From the NCBI GenBank assembly GCA_040954595.2, contig CM082598.2:7145097-7209096 (forward strand): DNA of 64,000 nucleotides. The letters are read 5' to 3'. A model generated the notes under the pieces. The model ran no database searches. It had not been told where the DNA came from and saw only the letters and a list, made by a program, of their open reading frames with translations. The translations under genes and the position numbers were made by a program. Source of the stretch: Balanoglossus misakiensis (taxonomy: Eukaryota; Animalia; Hemichordata). Shown one piece after another: positions 11,207 through 22,108 of this stretch (within the stretch, counting starts at the first letter, position 1; each line of letters opens with the position of its first letter).

Positions 11207-11397
11207 CTAGCTGTAAACAGGCTGGCAGCACCCACTAGTTGCATCAGTTCGGCGTGAAAACCCCTGCACCGAACTATAAAATTGTCTGTGTACCACACAG
11301 CTGTTGAGATCGTCTCGTCATAAAAGTTCAACTTCTTTGCAACAGCAAACACCCAGTCGACATGGATTGCTCTGTACTATTGTTCCGTGGGAGTTAA
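11207..11397 (-). CDS. Cyclin-like exon 1 (cyclin box helices 1-3)
   Basis: Acceptor TTTCTTTCACCTCAG, donor AG|GTAAG (phase 2). Translates LTPTEQ*YRAIHVDWVFAVAKKLNFYDETISTAVWYTDNFIVRCRGFHAELMQLVGAASLFTA(S); compare the cyclin A consensus MRAILVDW...ETLHLAVNYIDRFL...LQLVGTAAMLLASK. Confidence 0.85.
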
Positions 11398-11575
11398 CTG
11401 AGGTGAAAGAAACGATACTAGTTACACAAGAAGGTAAGGAAAACGACTGGCATATGACAAGCGAACGCGTGACGTGACAAGAGCGCGGAGAAACTGATGG
11501 CTTATCCGTATACGTTACGTTCACGTATGCATATGCAATCGTAATCTCATAGTCAGGGAGAGACCTGTGGCTTGC

Positions 11576-11632
11576 GTTACCATGGACGCACGCAGATCTT
11601 GCCAGGACAACAAGACAGGTCTCCAAGAGATG
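11576..11632. promoter_or_regulatory. Cluster of RFX X-box-like motifs upstream of the cyclin-like gene
   Basis: GTTACCATGGACGC (11576-11589), CTTGCCAGGACAAC (11598-11611) and GTCTCCAAGAGATG (11619-11632) each imperfectly match GTTNCCATGGNAAC, inside a locally CpG-rich stretch. Confidence 0.4.
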
Positions 11633-11929
11633 CAAGACGTGTAACCGAAATGCGCGTTTTATTTATTTATTTATTTTTTTTTTTTTGGGGGGGGGGGGGG
11701 GGCGGGTCTGGTTATTCCGTCCACCCCAAAAGCAATAGGCAAAACCTCGAGCTACGGTACTGCAGCTAACATGTTGGGTGTCAAAACCTCTCAAAGTTTA
11801 ACACTTACGCGGCTGTGATAAGCCCTTTGATAAGCCCTGTCTACAACCCACAGTCGTGAATGTGACTCGTGATGCCGAGCTTTTATTCTTGATTTGGCAC
11901 AATGTGGACAAGTGAAGAAATAAATCGAA

Positions 11930-12686
11930 CAAATAGTAATTATTCATATTTTTCTAAAATCGACGAAGTTTTGAGATTTTGCAAAGTCAAAACAGTAATT
12001 TTTTCGATGATTTTTATGAGCTATAACCCATTTTTTAAAATCAAAAATGAAGAATTTTTGAAAATTTTCAAAGTCGAAAAAGTGTCATTTTTGATGATTT
12101 TCATTAGCTATAACCCATGATTTTTTTTCAAAAATCGAAGAAATTTTGAGATTTTGCAAAGTTGAAAAACTGTCATTTTATGATGATTTTCATGAGCTAT
12201 AACCAATGATTTTTTTTATCAAAAATGAAGAATTTTTGAAAATTTTCCAAGTCCAAAAATTGTCATTTGTTGATGATTTTCATGATCTATAGCCAATGAT
12301 TTTTTTTCAAATATTGACGAAATTTTGAGATTTTGCAAAGTTCTAAAATTGTCATTTTTTGATGACTTTCAACCCATGATTTTTTTTCAAAAAATTACGA
12401 AATTTTGAGATTTTGCAAAGTCGAAAAAATTGTCATTTTTGATGATTTTCATGATCTATAACCCATGATTTTTTTCAAAAAATTGCGAAATTTTGAGATT
12501 TTGCAAAATTGAAAAATTGTCATTTTTTGATGATATTATGAGCAATAACCCATGATTTTTTTTCAAAAATCGAAGAATTTTTGAGATTTTGCAGTCGAAA
12601 AATGACCATTTTTGATGATTTTCATGAGCTATACAACATGATTTCTTTTCGCAAAGTCGAAAAATTGTCATTTTTTGATGACTTTC
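11930..12686 (+). repeat. Diverged left edge of the 79/88-bp satellite
   Basis: Same monomer as the main array but with more substitutions and frequent ATGAGCTATA. Confidence 0.95.
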
Positions 12687-12690
12687 TTAA

Positions 12691-13766
12691 AGGTGGAACG
12701 CTCGGTAGGGCCCTACCGAGCAAAATCAATAACATGTGGGCGTGGCTTAAGCTCTGACGCCACTATATATTGTTACAACAATTGACCTCAAATGGGCATC
12801 CCGCGACCGCCAAAAGCAAACACCGATCCAGATATTTCTTACGTACCCGCGGAACGTGTTGTCAGCTGAATCTATCGTGTCGACACGAATTATCAAGATA
12901 GCGGTCACTGAAGAGCAGGAGAAAGCACTGGCAATTTTCTCTGCCGAGCTTTCGGTCATCGACCGGCGGGGGCACATAAGTTCACCTGCTGCGACCGCGC
13001 GGGTTAGTACCGTGCGTGGTATCGGCTACCGGCGAGTTTGATGCGGGGGACACTGCCGGTTTATCGGAAGCAGCAGCCGTCGAAGTAAACACAGTGTCCA
13101 TGAGCACATCGGCTTCCGGAGATTCGGACAACTGTGAATTTTGTTTTTGTTCGCCATGTGTTACCACACATAGGCAGTCTTGGCTAGTCCGTGGTCTCTA
13201 CCCGAATTTACCCGCTGTGTCTTACGTTGGGCATAAATGGCACTGATGAGGCTTTCCCCTCTTCACTTTGTACGGTTGGTACACAAATACAAACAGTCCT
13301 TTTCAGGACCAACACAATTTCCAAGAAGAGAACTACCGAATTTATGGACGTGTGCATGTTCATGTGTGATAAATTTGGTATGATCAAAGCTCTATTTTCA
13401 GGTCACGCACACTTTGCAATCAACGCCACAATGTATCAATGGTGCCCAATTTTGATTTGCATAATACGTCAATCACGCAAATTCAAACTGAAAATCGTAC
13501 CGATATAGCGGTCATATCTCGGGGACAAAATGATTTCATCTTCGGTTTTCGAAAGTATTTTCAAATTGTATTGCACCAGAAACCGCGGATGTCGTGCTAA
13601 ATAAACTCATGCACTCCTTTATGAATTTCGAGACAAAAAAATCATCGGTAGACCTAAATTTACTGTCTATTATGGACAACGTCCGTTCTGTTGTTAGTGA
13701 GTTTGAATCTCCCAACATTATGCCAACTCTCGCAAAGTCTCGCCCTTTTATACGGGAGTTGGGGGT
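12691..13766 (+). mobile_element. TTAA-flanked non-autonomous DNA element (Kolobok-like left end) carrying a deleted ORF
   Basis: TTAA at 12687-12690 and 13767-13770; removing the insert restores satellite GACTTTCTTAAGCTATAACCC. 22-bp perfect palindrome at 12700-12721; terminal inverted repeats poor. Superfamily uncertain. Confidence 0.7.
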
Positions 13767-13770
13767 TTAA

Positions 13771-13945
13771 GCTATAACCCATGTTTTTTTTCAAAAATCG
13801 ACGAAATTTTGAGATTTTGCAAAGTAAAAAAATTGTATTTTTTTTGATGATTTTCATGATCTATAACCCATGATTTTTTTCAAAAATTTACGAAATTTTG
13901 AGATTTTGCTAAGTTGAAAAATTGTCATTTTTTGATGATTTTTAA
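13771..13945 (+). repeat. Two satellite monomers between insertions
   Basis: 79/88-bp monomer sequence. Confidence 0.95.
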
Positions 13946-14770
13946 CACTTTCGCTGCAGGAGGGCGTTTTCTGCGCCGGAAGTCAGAATGCGGGAGGCGC
14001 ATAAATGCGCCAAGGTCGCGTCCGTTACTGGGTCTGTTTATGTTCGTTGCTTATTTACCCATTTTGTATGGCTATATATAGGACAGGGGTCAACCCTAAT
14101 TGAGCATGCGCATATGTATTGTAAACAATCAAGTCGATTTTGTCATCAAAGGGTTTCCTTATACAGCTGATTTTAGGTCGCCCCGATCATATTTTTCCAT
14201 TCACTTGGTTTTTAAAAATGGCGACGCGGGCACAGTTTGATGCCGACGAAGTTCTTGAACAAGTCTTTCAGAATAGTGACAGCGATCATAGCGATAGCGG
14301 AAGCCAGATTATGGACAACAACATCATAGAACCAGAAACAGAAGCCAGACACGGAGAAAACAGAGTAGAGACAGAGAGAGAGGGAGGGTTTTTGCCATGT
14401 TCTCAGACGTAGTAACGCTAATGGTGACACGCGGTGGGTTTTGAATGACGTCAATGACAATTACACACCGGACTGGTTGTCTGTATACGATCGTCGCTAA
14501 GGTTTATTAGTTGACACTGATGACTTTGCACCCGTTGACTTTTTTCAGCTGTTCTTTCCTGGTGATGTGTTTGAGTTGATGTCATTGTCAGAGCAAACTG
14601 ATATGTACACCGCACAATTTTTTGACAACCCTGCAATTGATGAGTTTCCCTTCCTGTCAAGATTTCGCCAGATGCCTACTTCACGGAATTAAAATTAAAT
14701 GAAGGAGTAGGTTTCTTTGCAAATCTTGATGGGACTTTGCCAGCAATCTATGTTGTCAGAGTATTATATC
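13946..14770 (+). mobile_element. piggyBac remnant (left end plus degenerate PGBD4-like transposase N-terminus)
   Basis: TTAA (13942-13945) followed by CACT. ATG at 14218 gives acidic MATRAQFDADEVLEQVFQNSDSD; downstream frame reads FAPVDFFQLFFPGDVFELM...QTDMY (piggyBac P.dfF.LFf...eTN.Y motif). Contains stops and frameshifts; no right end seen. Confidence 0.8.
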
Positions 14771-14898
14771 TATTTGAAATGAATTGCCAAAACAGTACTA
14801 TGCTAATGATTTTTTTTTAAAGTTTGTATATTCATATTTACCTACCTTGATTTCTTCAACTTTCGATTCATTAAAACGTAGAGTATTTAATAAATTAC

Positions 14899-15070
14899 TT
14901 AAAGGGGAAATCCGTTGTAGCTGATTTCCACATAATTTGGTAGCTTTGAGGTCACTCTTTCAGAAAAAAACATATTCGCAATGTATAAGTCGCGCGATTT
15001 TTTACAAAGTCGAGGGAAAGTTGGCAGCATTTCCAATATGGCGTTTACTGTAATTTGAATCATTAATCAT
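14899..15070 (+). mobile_element. Possible terminal fragment of another TTAA-targeting DNA element
   Basis: TTAA|AGGGGAAATCC start resembles the TTAA|AGGTGGAA start at 12687; no partner end found. Confidence 0.3.
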
Positions 15071-18000
15071 TAATTTTTATGAGATATAATCATGATTTTT
15101 TTAAAAAATTGACGAAATTTTTAGATTTTGCAAAGTAAAAAAATTGTCAATTTTGATGATTTTCATGATCTATAAGCCATGGTTTTTTTCAAAAATTGAC
15201 GAAACTTTGAGATTTTGCAAAGTTGAAAAATTGTCATTTTTTGATGATTTTCATGATCTATAACTCATGATTTTTTTTCAAAAAATGACGAAACTTTGAG
15301 ATTTTGCAAAGTTGAAAAATTGTCATTTTTTGATGATTTTCAACCCATGATTTTTTTTCAAAAATTGACAAAAGTTTGAGATTTTGCAAAGAAAAAAATT
15401 GTCATTTTTTGATGATTTTCACGATCTATAACTCATGATTTTTTTAAAAAATTTACGAACTTTCGTGATTTTGCAAAGTTGAACAATTGTCATTTTTTGA
15501 TGATTTTTAACCCATGATTTTTTTCAAAAATTGACGAAATTTTTTGAGATTTTGCAAAGTTGAAACATTTTCATCTTTTGATGATTTTCATGATCTATAA
15601 CCAATGATTTTTTTCAAATATTGACATAATTTTGAGATTTTGTAAAGTTCTAAAATTGTCATTTTTTCATGACTTTCAACCCATGATTTTTTTCAAAAAT
15701 TGACGAAATGTTGAGATTTTGCAAAGTTCAAAAATTGTCATTTTTTGATGATTTTCATGATCTATAACCAATGATTTTTTTCAAATATTGACGAAATTTT
15801 GAGATTTTGCAAAAATCTAAAATTGTCATTTTTTCATGACTTTCAACCCATGATTTTTTTCAAAAATTGACGATTTTTTTTGAGATTTTGCAAAGTTGAA
15901 ACATTTTCATTTTTTGATGATTTTCATGATCTATATAACCAATGATTTTTTTCAAATATTGACGAAATTTTGAGATTTTGCAAAGTTCTAAAATTGTCAT
16001 TTTTTTCATGACTTTCAACCCGTGATTTTTTTCAACAATTGACGAAATTTTGAGATATTGCAAAGTTTAAAAATTGTCATTTTTAGATGATATTCAACCC
16101 ATTATTTTTTTCAAAAATCGACGATATTTTGACATTTTGCATAGTTGAAAAATTGTCATTTTTTGATGATTTTAAACCAATTATTTTTTTCAACAATTGA
16201 CGAAATTTCGAGATTTTGCAAAGTAAAAAATTGTAATTTTTTGGTGATTTTCATGATCTGTAACCCATATTTTTTTTCAGAAATCGACGAAATTTTGAGA
16301 TTTTGCAAAGTAACAAAAATCGTCATTTTTTGATGATTTTCATGATGTATAACCCATATTTTTTTTCAAAAATTTACGAAATTTTGAGATTTTGCAAAGT
16401 TGAAAAATTGTCATTTTTTGATGATTTTCATGATCTATAACTCATGATTTTTTTTCAAAAAATGACGAAACTTTGAGATTTTGCAAAGTTGAAAAATTGT
16501 CATTTTTTGATGATTTTCAACCCATGATTTTTTTCAAAAATTGACAAAAGTTTGAGATTTTGCAAAGAAAAAAATTGTCATTTTTTGATGATTTTCACGA
16601 TCTATAACTCATGATTTTTTTAAAAAAATTACGAACTTTCGTGATTTTGCAAAGTTGAACAATTGTCATTTTTTGATGATTTTTAACCCATGATTTTTTT
16701 CAAAAATTGACGAAATTTTTTGAGATTTTGCAAAGTTGAAACATTTTCATCTTTTGATGATTTTCATGATCTATAACCAATGATTTTTTTCAAATATTGA
16801 CATAATTTTGAGATTTTGTAAAGTTCTAAAATTGTCATTTTTTCATGACTTTCAACCCATGATTTTTTTCAAAAATTGACGAAATTTTGAGATTTTGCAA
16901 AGTTCAAAAATTGTCATTTTTTGATGATTTTCATGATCTATAACCAATGATTTTTTTCAAATATTGACGAAATTTTGAGATTTTGCAAAAATCTAAAATT
17001 GTCATTTTTTCATGACTTTCAACCCATGATTTTTTTCAAAAATTGACGATTTTTTTTGAGATTTTGCAAAGTTGAAACATTTTCATTTTTTGATGATTTT
17101 CATGATCTATATAACCAATGATTTTTTTCAAATATTGACGAAATTTTGAGATTTTGCAAAGTTCTAAAATTGTCATTTTTTTCATGACTTTCAACCCGTG
17201 ATTTTTTTCAACAATTGACGAAATTTTGAGATATTGCAAAGTTGAAAAATTGTCATTTTTAGATGATATTCAACCCATTATTTTTTTCAAAAATCGACGG
17301 TATTTTGACATTTTGCATAGTTGAAAAATTGTCATTTTTTGATGATTTTAAACCAATTATTTTTTTCAACAATTGACGAAATTTCGAGATTTTGCAAAGT
17401 AAAAAATTGTAATTTTTTGGTGATTTTCATGATCTGTAACCCATATTTTTTTTCAGAAATCGACGAAATTTTGAGATTTTGCAAAGTAAAAAAAATCGTC
17501 ATTTTTTGATGATTTTCATGATGTATAACCCATATTTTTTTTCAAAAATTTACGAAATTTTGAGATTTTGCAAAGTTGAAAAATTGTCATTTTTTATTGA
17601 TTTTATATCCATGATTTTTTTCAAAAATTGACGAAATTTTGAGATTTTGTAAAGTTGAAAAATTGTCATTTTTTGATGATTTTCAACCCATGATTTTTTT
17701 CAATAATTCACGAATTTTTTTGAGATTTTGCAAAGTTGAAAAATTGTCATTTTTTGATGATTTTCATGATCTATAACTCATGATTTTTTTTCAAAAAATG
17801 ACGAAACTTTGAGATTTTGCAAAGTTGAAAAATTGTCATTTTTTGATGATTTTCAACCCATGATTTTTTTCAATAATTGACAAAAGTTTGAGATTTTGCA
17901 AAGAAAAAAATTGTCATTTTTTGATGATTTTCATGATCTATAACTCATGATTTTTTTCAAAAATTTACGAACTTTCGTGATTTTGCAAAGTTGAACAATT

Positions 18001-21000
18001 GTCATTTTTTGATGATTTTTAACCCATGATTTTTTTTCAAAATTGACGAAATTTTGAGATTTTGCAAAGTCGAAAAAAATTGTCATTTTTGATGATTTTC
18101 ATGATCTATAACCCACGATTTTTTTCAAAAATTTACGAAATTTCGAGATTTTGCAAAGTTGAAAAATTTTCATTTTTTGATGATTTTTAACCCATGATTT
18201 TTTTCAAAAATTGACGAAATTTTGAGATATTGCAAAGTTGAAAAATTGTCATTTTCATATGATATTCAACCCATGATTTTTTTCAAAAATCGACGAAATT
18301 TCGACATTTTGCAAAGTTGAAAAATTGTCATTTTTTGATAATTTTTATGAGATATAATCATGATTTTTTTTCAAAAATTGACCAAATTTTTAGATTTTGC
18401 AAAGTAAAAAAATTGTCATATTTTGATGATTTTCATGATCTATAAACCATGTTTTTTTTCAACAATGGACGATTCGCAAAGATTTCGCAAAGTCGAAAGT
18501 TTTTTCATTTTTTGATGATTTTCATGATCTATTACAAAGGAATTTTTTTTCAAAAATCGACGAAATTTGGAGATTTTGCAAAGTTGAACAATTTTCATTT
18601 TTTGATGTTTTCCAACCCATGATTTTTTTCAAAAATCGACGATTCGCAAAGATTTCGCAAAGTCGAAGTTTTTTCATTTTTTGATGATTTTCATGATCTA
18701 TTACAAAGGAATTTTTTTTTTCAAAAATCGACGAAATTTGGAGATTTTGCTTAGTTGAAAAGTTGTCATTTTTTGATGATTTTCAACCCATTATTTTTTT
18801 CAAAAATCGACGATATTTTGACATTTTGCATAGTTGAAAAATTGTCATTTTTTGATGATTTTAAACCAATTATTTTTTTCAACAATTGACGAAATTTCGA
18901 GATTTTGCAAAGTAAAAAATTGTAATTTTTTGGTGATTTTCATGATCTGTAACCCATATTTTTTTTCAGAAATCGACGAAATTTTGAGATTTTGCAAAGT
19001 CAAAAAAATCGTCATTTTTTGATGATTTTCATGATGTATAACCCATATTTTTTTTCAAAAATTTACGAAATTTTGAGATTTTGCAAAGTTGAAAAATTGT
19101 CATTTTTTGATGATTTTCAACCCATGTTTTTTTTCAAAAATTGACGAAACTTTGAGATTTTGCAATGTTGAAAAATTGTCATTTTTTGATGACTTTCAAC
19201 CCATGATTTTTTTTTTAAAATTGACGAAATTTTTAGATTTTGCAAAGTAAATAAATTGTCAATTTTGATGATTTTCATGATCTATATGCCATGGTTTTTT
19301 TCAAAAATTGACGAAACTTTGACATTTTGCAAAGTTGAAAAATTGTCATTTTTTATTGATTTTATATCCATGATTTTTTTCAAAAATTGACGAAATTTTG
19401 AGATTTTGTAAAGTTGAAAAATTGTCATTTTTTGATGATTTTCAACCCATGATTTTTTTCAATAATTCACAAATTTTTTTGAGATTTTGCAAAGTTGAAA
19501 AATTGTCATTTTTTGATGATTTTCATGATCTATAACTCATGATTTTTTTTCAAAAAATGACGAAACTTTGAGATTTTGCAAAGTTGAAAAATTGTCATTT
19601 TTTGATGATTTTCAACCCATGATTTTTTTCAATAATTCACGAATTTTTTTGAGATTTTGCAAAGTTGAAAAATTGTCATTTTTTGATGATTTTCATGATC
19701 TATAACTCATGATTTTTTTTTCAAAAAATGACGAAACTTTGAGATTTTGCAAAGTTGAAAAATTGTCATTTTTTGATGATTTTCAACCCATGATTTTTTT
19801 CAAAAATTGACAAAAGTTTGAGATTTTGCAAAGAAAAAAATTGTCATTTTTTGATGATTTTCATGATCTATAACTCATGATTTTTTTCAAAAATTTACGA
19901 ACTTTCGTGATTTTGCAAAGTTGAAAAATTGTCATTTTTTGATGATTTTTAACCCATGATTTTTTTTCAAAATTGACGAAATTTTGAGATTTTGCAAAGT
20001 CGAAAAAAATTGTCATTTTTGATGATTTTCATGATCTATAACCCACGATTTTGTTCAAAAATTTACGAAATTTCGAGATTTTGCAAAGTTGAAAAATTTT
20101 CATTTTTTGATGATTTTTAACCCATGATTTTTTTCAAAAATTGACGAAATTTTGAGATATTGCAAAGTTGAAAAATTGTCATTTTCATATGATATTCAAC
20201 CCATGATTTTTTTCAAAAATCGACGAAATTTCGACATTTTGCAAAGTTGAAAAATTGTCATTTTTTGATAATTTTTATGAGATATAATCATGATTTTTTT
20301 TCAAAAATTGACCAAATTTTTAGATTTTGCAAAGTAAAAAAATTGTCATATTTTGATGATTTTCATGATCTATAAACCATGTTTTTTTTCAACAATGGAC
20401 GATTCGCAAAGATTTCGCAAAGTCGAAAGTTTTTTCATTTTTTGATGATTTTCATGATCTATTACAAAGGAATTTTTTTTCAAAAATCGACGAAATTTGG
20501 AGATTTTGCAAAGTTGAACAATTTTCATTTTTTGATGTTTTCCAACCCATGATTTTTTTCAAAAATCGACGATTCGCAAAGATTTCGCAAAGTCGAAAGT
20601 TTTTCATTTTTTGATGATTTTCATGATCTATTACAAAGGAATTTTTTTTTTCAAAAATCGACGAAATTTGGAGATTTTGCATAGTTGAAAAATTGTCATT
20701 TTTTGATGATTTTCAACCCATTATTTTTTTCAAAAATCGACGATATTTTGACATTTTGCATAGTTGAAAAATTGTCATTTTTTGATGATTTTAAACCAAT
20801 TATTTTTTTCAACAATTGACGAAATTTCGAGATTTTGCAAAGTAAAAAATTGTAATTTTTTGGTGATTTTCATGATCTGTAACCCATATTTTTTTTCAGA
20901 AATCGACGAAATTTTGAGATTTTGCAAAGTCAAAAAAATCGTCATTTTTTGATGATTTTCATGATGTATAACCCATATTTTTTTTCAAAAATTTACGAAA

Positions 21001-22108
21001 TTTTGAGATTTTGCAAAGTTGAAAAATTGTCATTTTTTGATGATTTTAAACCAATGATTTTTTTTCAAATATTGACGAAATTTTGAGATTTGGCAAAGTA
21101 AAAAAATTGTCAATTTTGATGATTTTCATGATCTTTAAGCCATGGTTTTTTTCAAAAATTGACGAAATTTTGAGATTTTGTAAAGTTGAAAAATTGTCAT
21201 TTTTTGATGATTTTCAACCCATGATTTTTTTCAATAATTCACGAATTTTTTTGAGATTTTGCAAAGTTGAAAAATTGTCATTTTTTGATGATTTTCAACC
21301 CATGTTTTTTTTCAAAAATTGACGAAACTTTGAGATTTTGCAAAGTTGAAAAATTGTCATTTTTTGATGACTTTCAACCCATGATTTTTTTCAAAAATTG
21401 ACGAAATTTTTAGATTTTGCAAAGTAAATAAATTGTCAATTTTGATGATTTTCATGATCTATAAGCCATGGTTTTTTTCAAAAATTGACGAAACTTTGAC
21501 ATTTTGCAAAGTTGAAAAATTGTCATTTTTTATTGATTTTAAATCCATGATTTTTTTCAAAAATTGACGAAATTTTGAGATTTTGTAAAGTTGAAAAATT
21601 GTCATTTTTTGATGATTTTCATGATCTATAACTCATGATTTTTTTTCAAAAAATGACGAAACTTTGAGATTTTGCAAAGTTGAAAAATTGTCATTTTTTG
21701 ATGATTTTCAACCCATGATTTTTTTCAAAAATTGACAAAAGTTTGAGATTTTGCAAAGAAAAAAATTGTCATTTTTTGATGATTTTCATGATCTATAACT
21801 CATGATTTTTTTCAAAAATTTACGAACTTTCGTGATTTTGCAAAGTTGAAAAATTGTCATTTTTTGATGATTTTTAACCCATGATTTTTTTTCAAAATTG
21901 ACGAAATTTTGAGATTTTGCAAAGTCGAAAAAAATTGTCATTTTTGATGATTTTCATGATCTATTACCCACGATTTTTTTCAAAAATTTACGAAATTTCG
22001 AGATTTTGCAAAGTTGAAAAATTTTCATTTTTTGATGATTTTTAACCCATGATTTTTTTCAAAAATTGACGAAATTTTGAGATATTGCAAAGTTGAAAAA
22101 TTGTCATT
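15070..22108 (+). repeat. 79/88-bp AT-rich satellite array, block 1
   Basis: Monomer AACCCATGATTTTTTTCAAAAATTGACGAAATTTTGAGATTTTGCAAAGTTGAAAAATTGTCATTTTTTGATGATTTTC (79 bp), with or without ATGATCTAT (88 bp). Confidence 0.98.

Larger units (their letters stand above)
8642..11397 (-). pseudogene. Divergent cyclin (A/B-like fold) gene or pseudogene, five recognisable exons; first coding exon not identified
   Basis: Manually spliced GT-AG exons 11397-11207, 9954-9747, 9599-9486, 9063-8934 and 8741-8642 give a cyclin box (YRAIHVDW...ETISTAVWYTDNF...MQLVGAASLFTASK...EVCQMELWIMKLL) and a C-terminal cyclin fold (YLADLTL...DLVTIELNA...KFPRVA). Apparent TAG at 11377-11379 and a phase mismatch at exon 4. 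Confidence 0.8.

Noticed and set aside
11318-11635. 105-aa minus-strand ORF overlapping the cyclin exon
   Set aside because: Different frame from the cyclin box; I could not identify a credible first coding exon in it.
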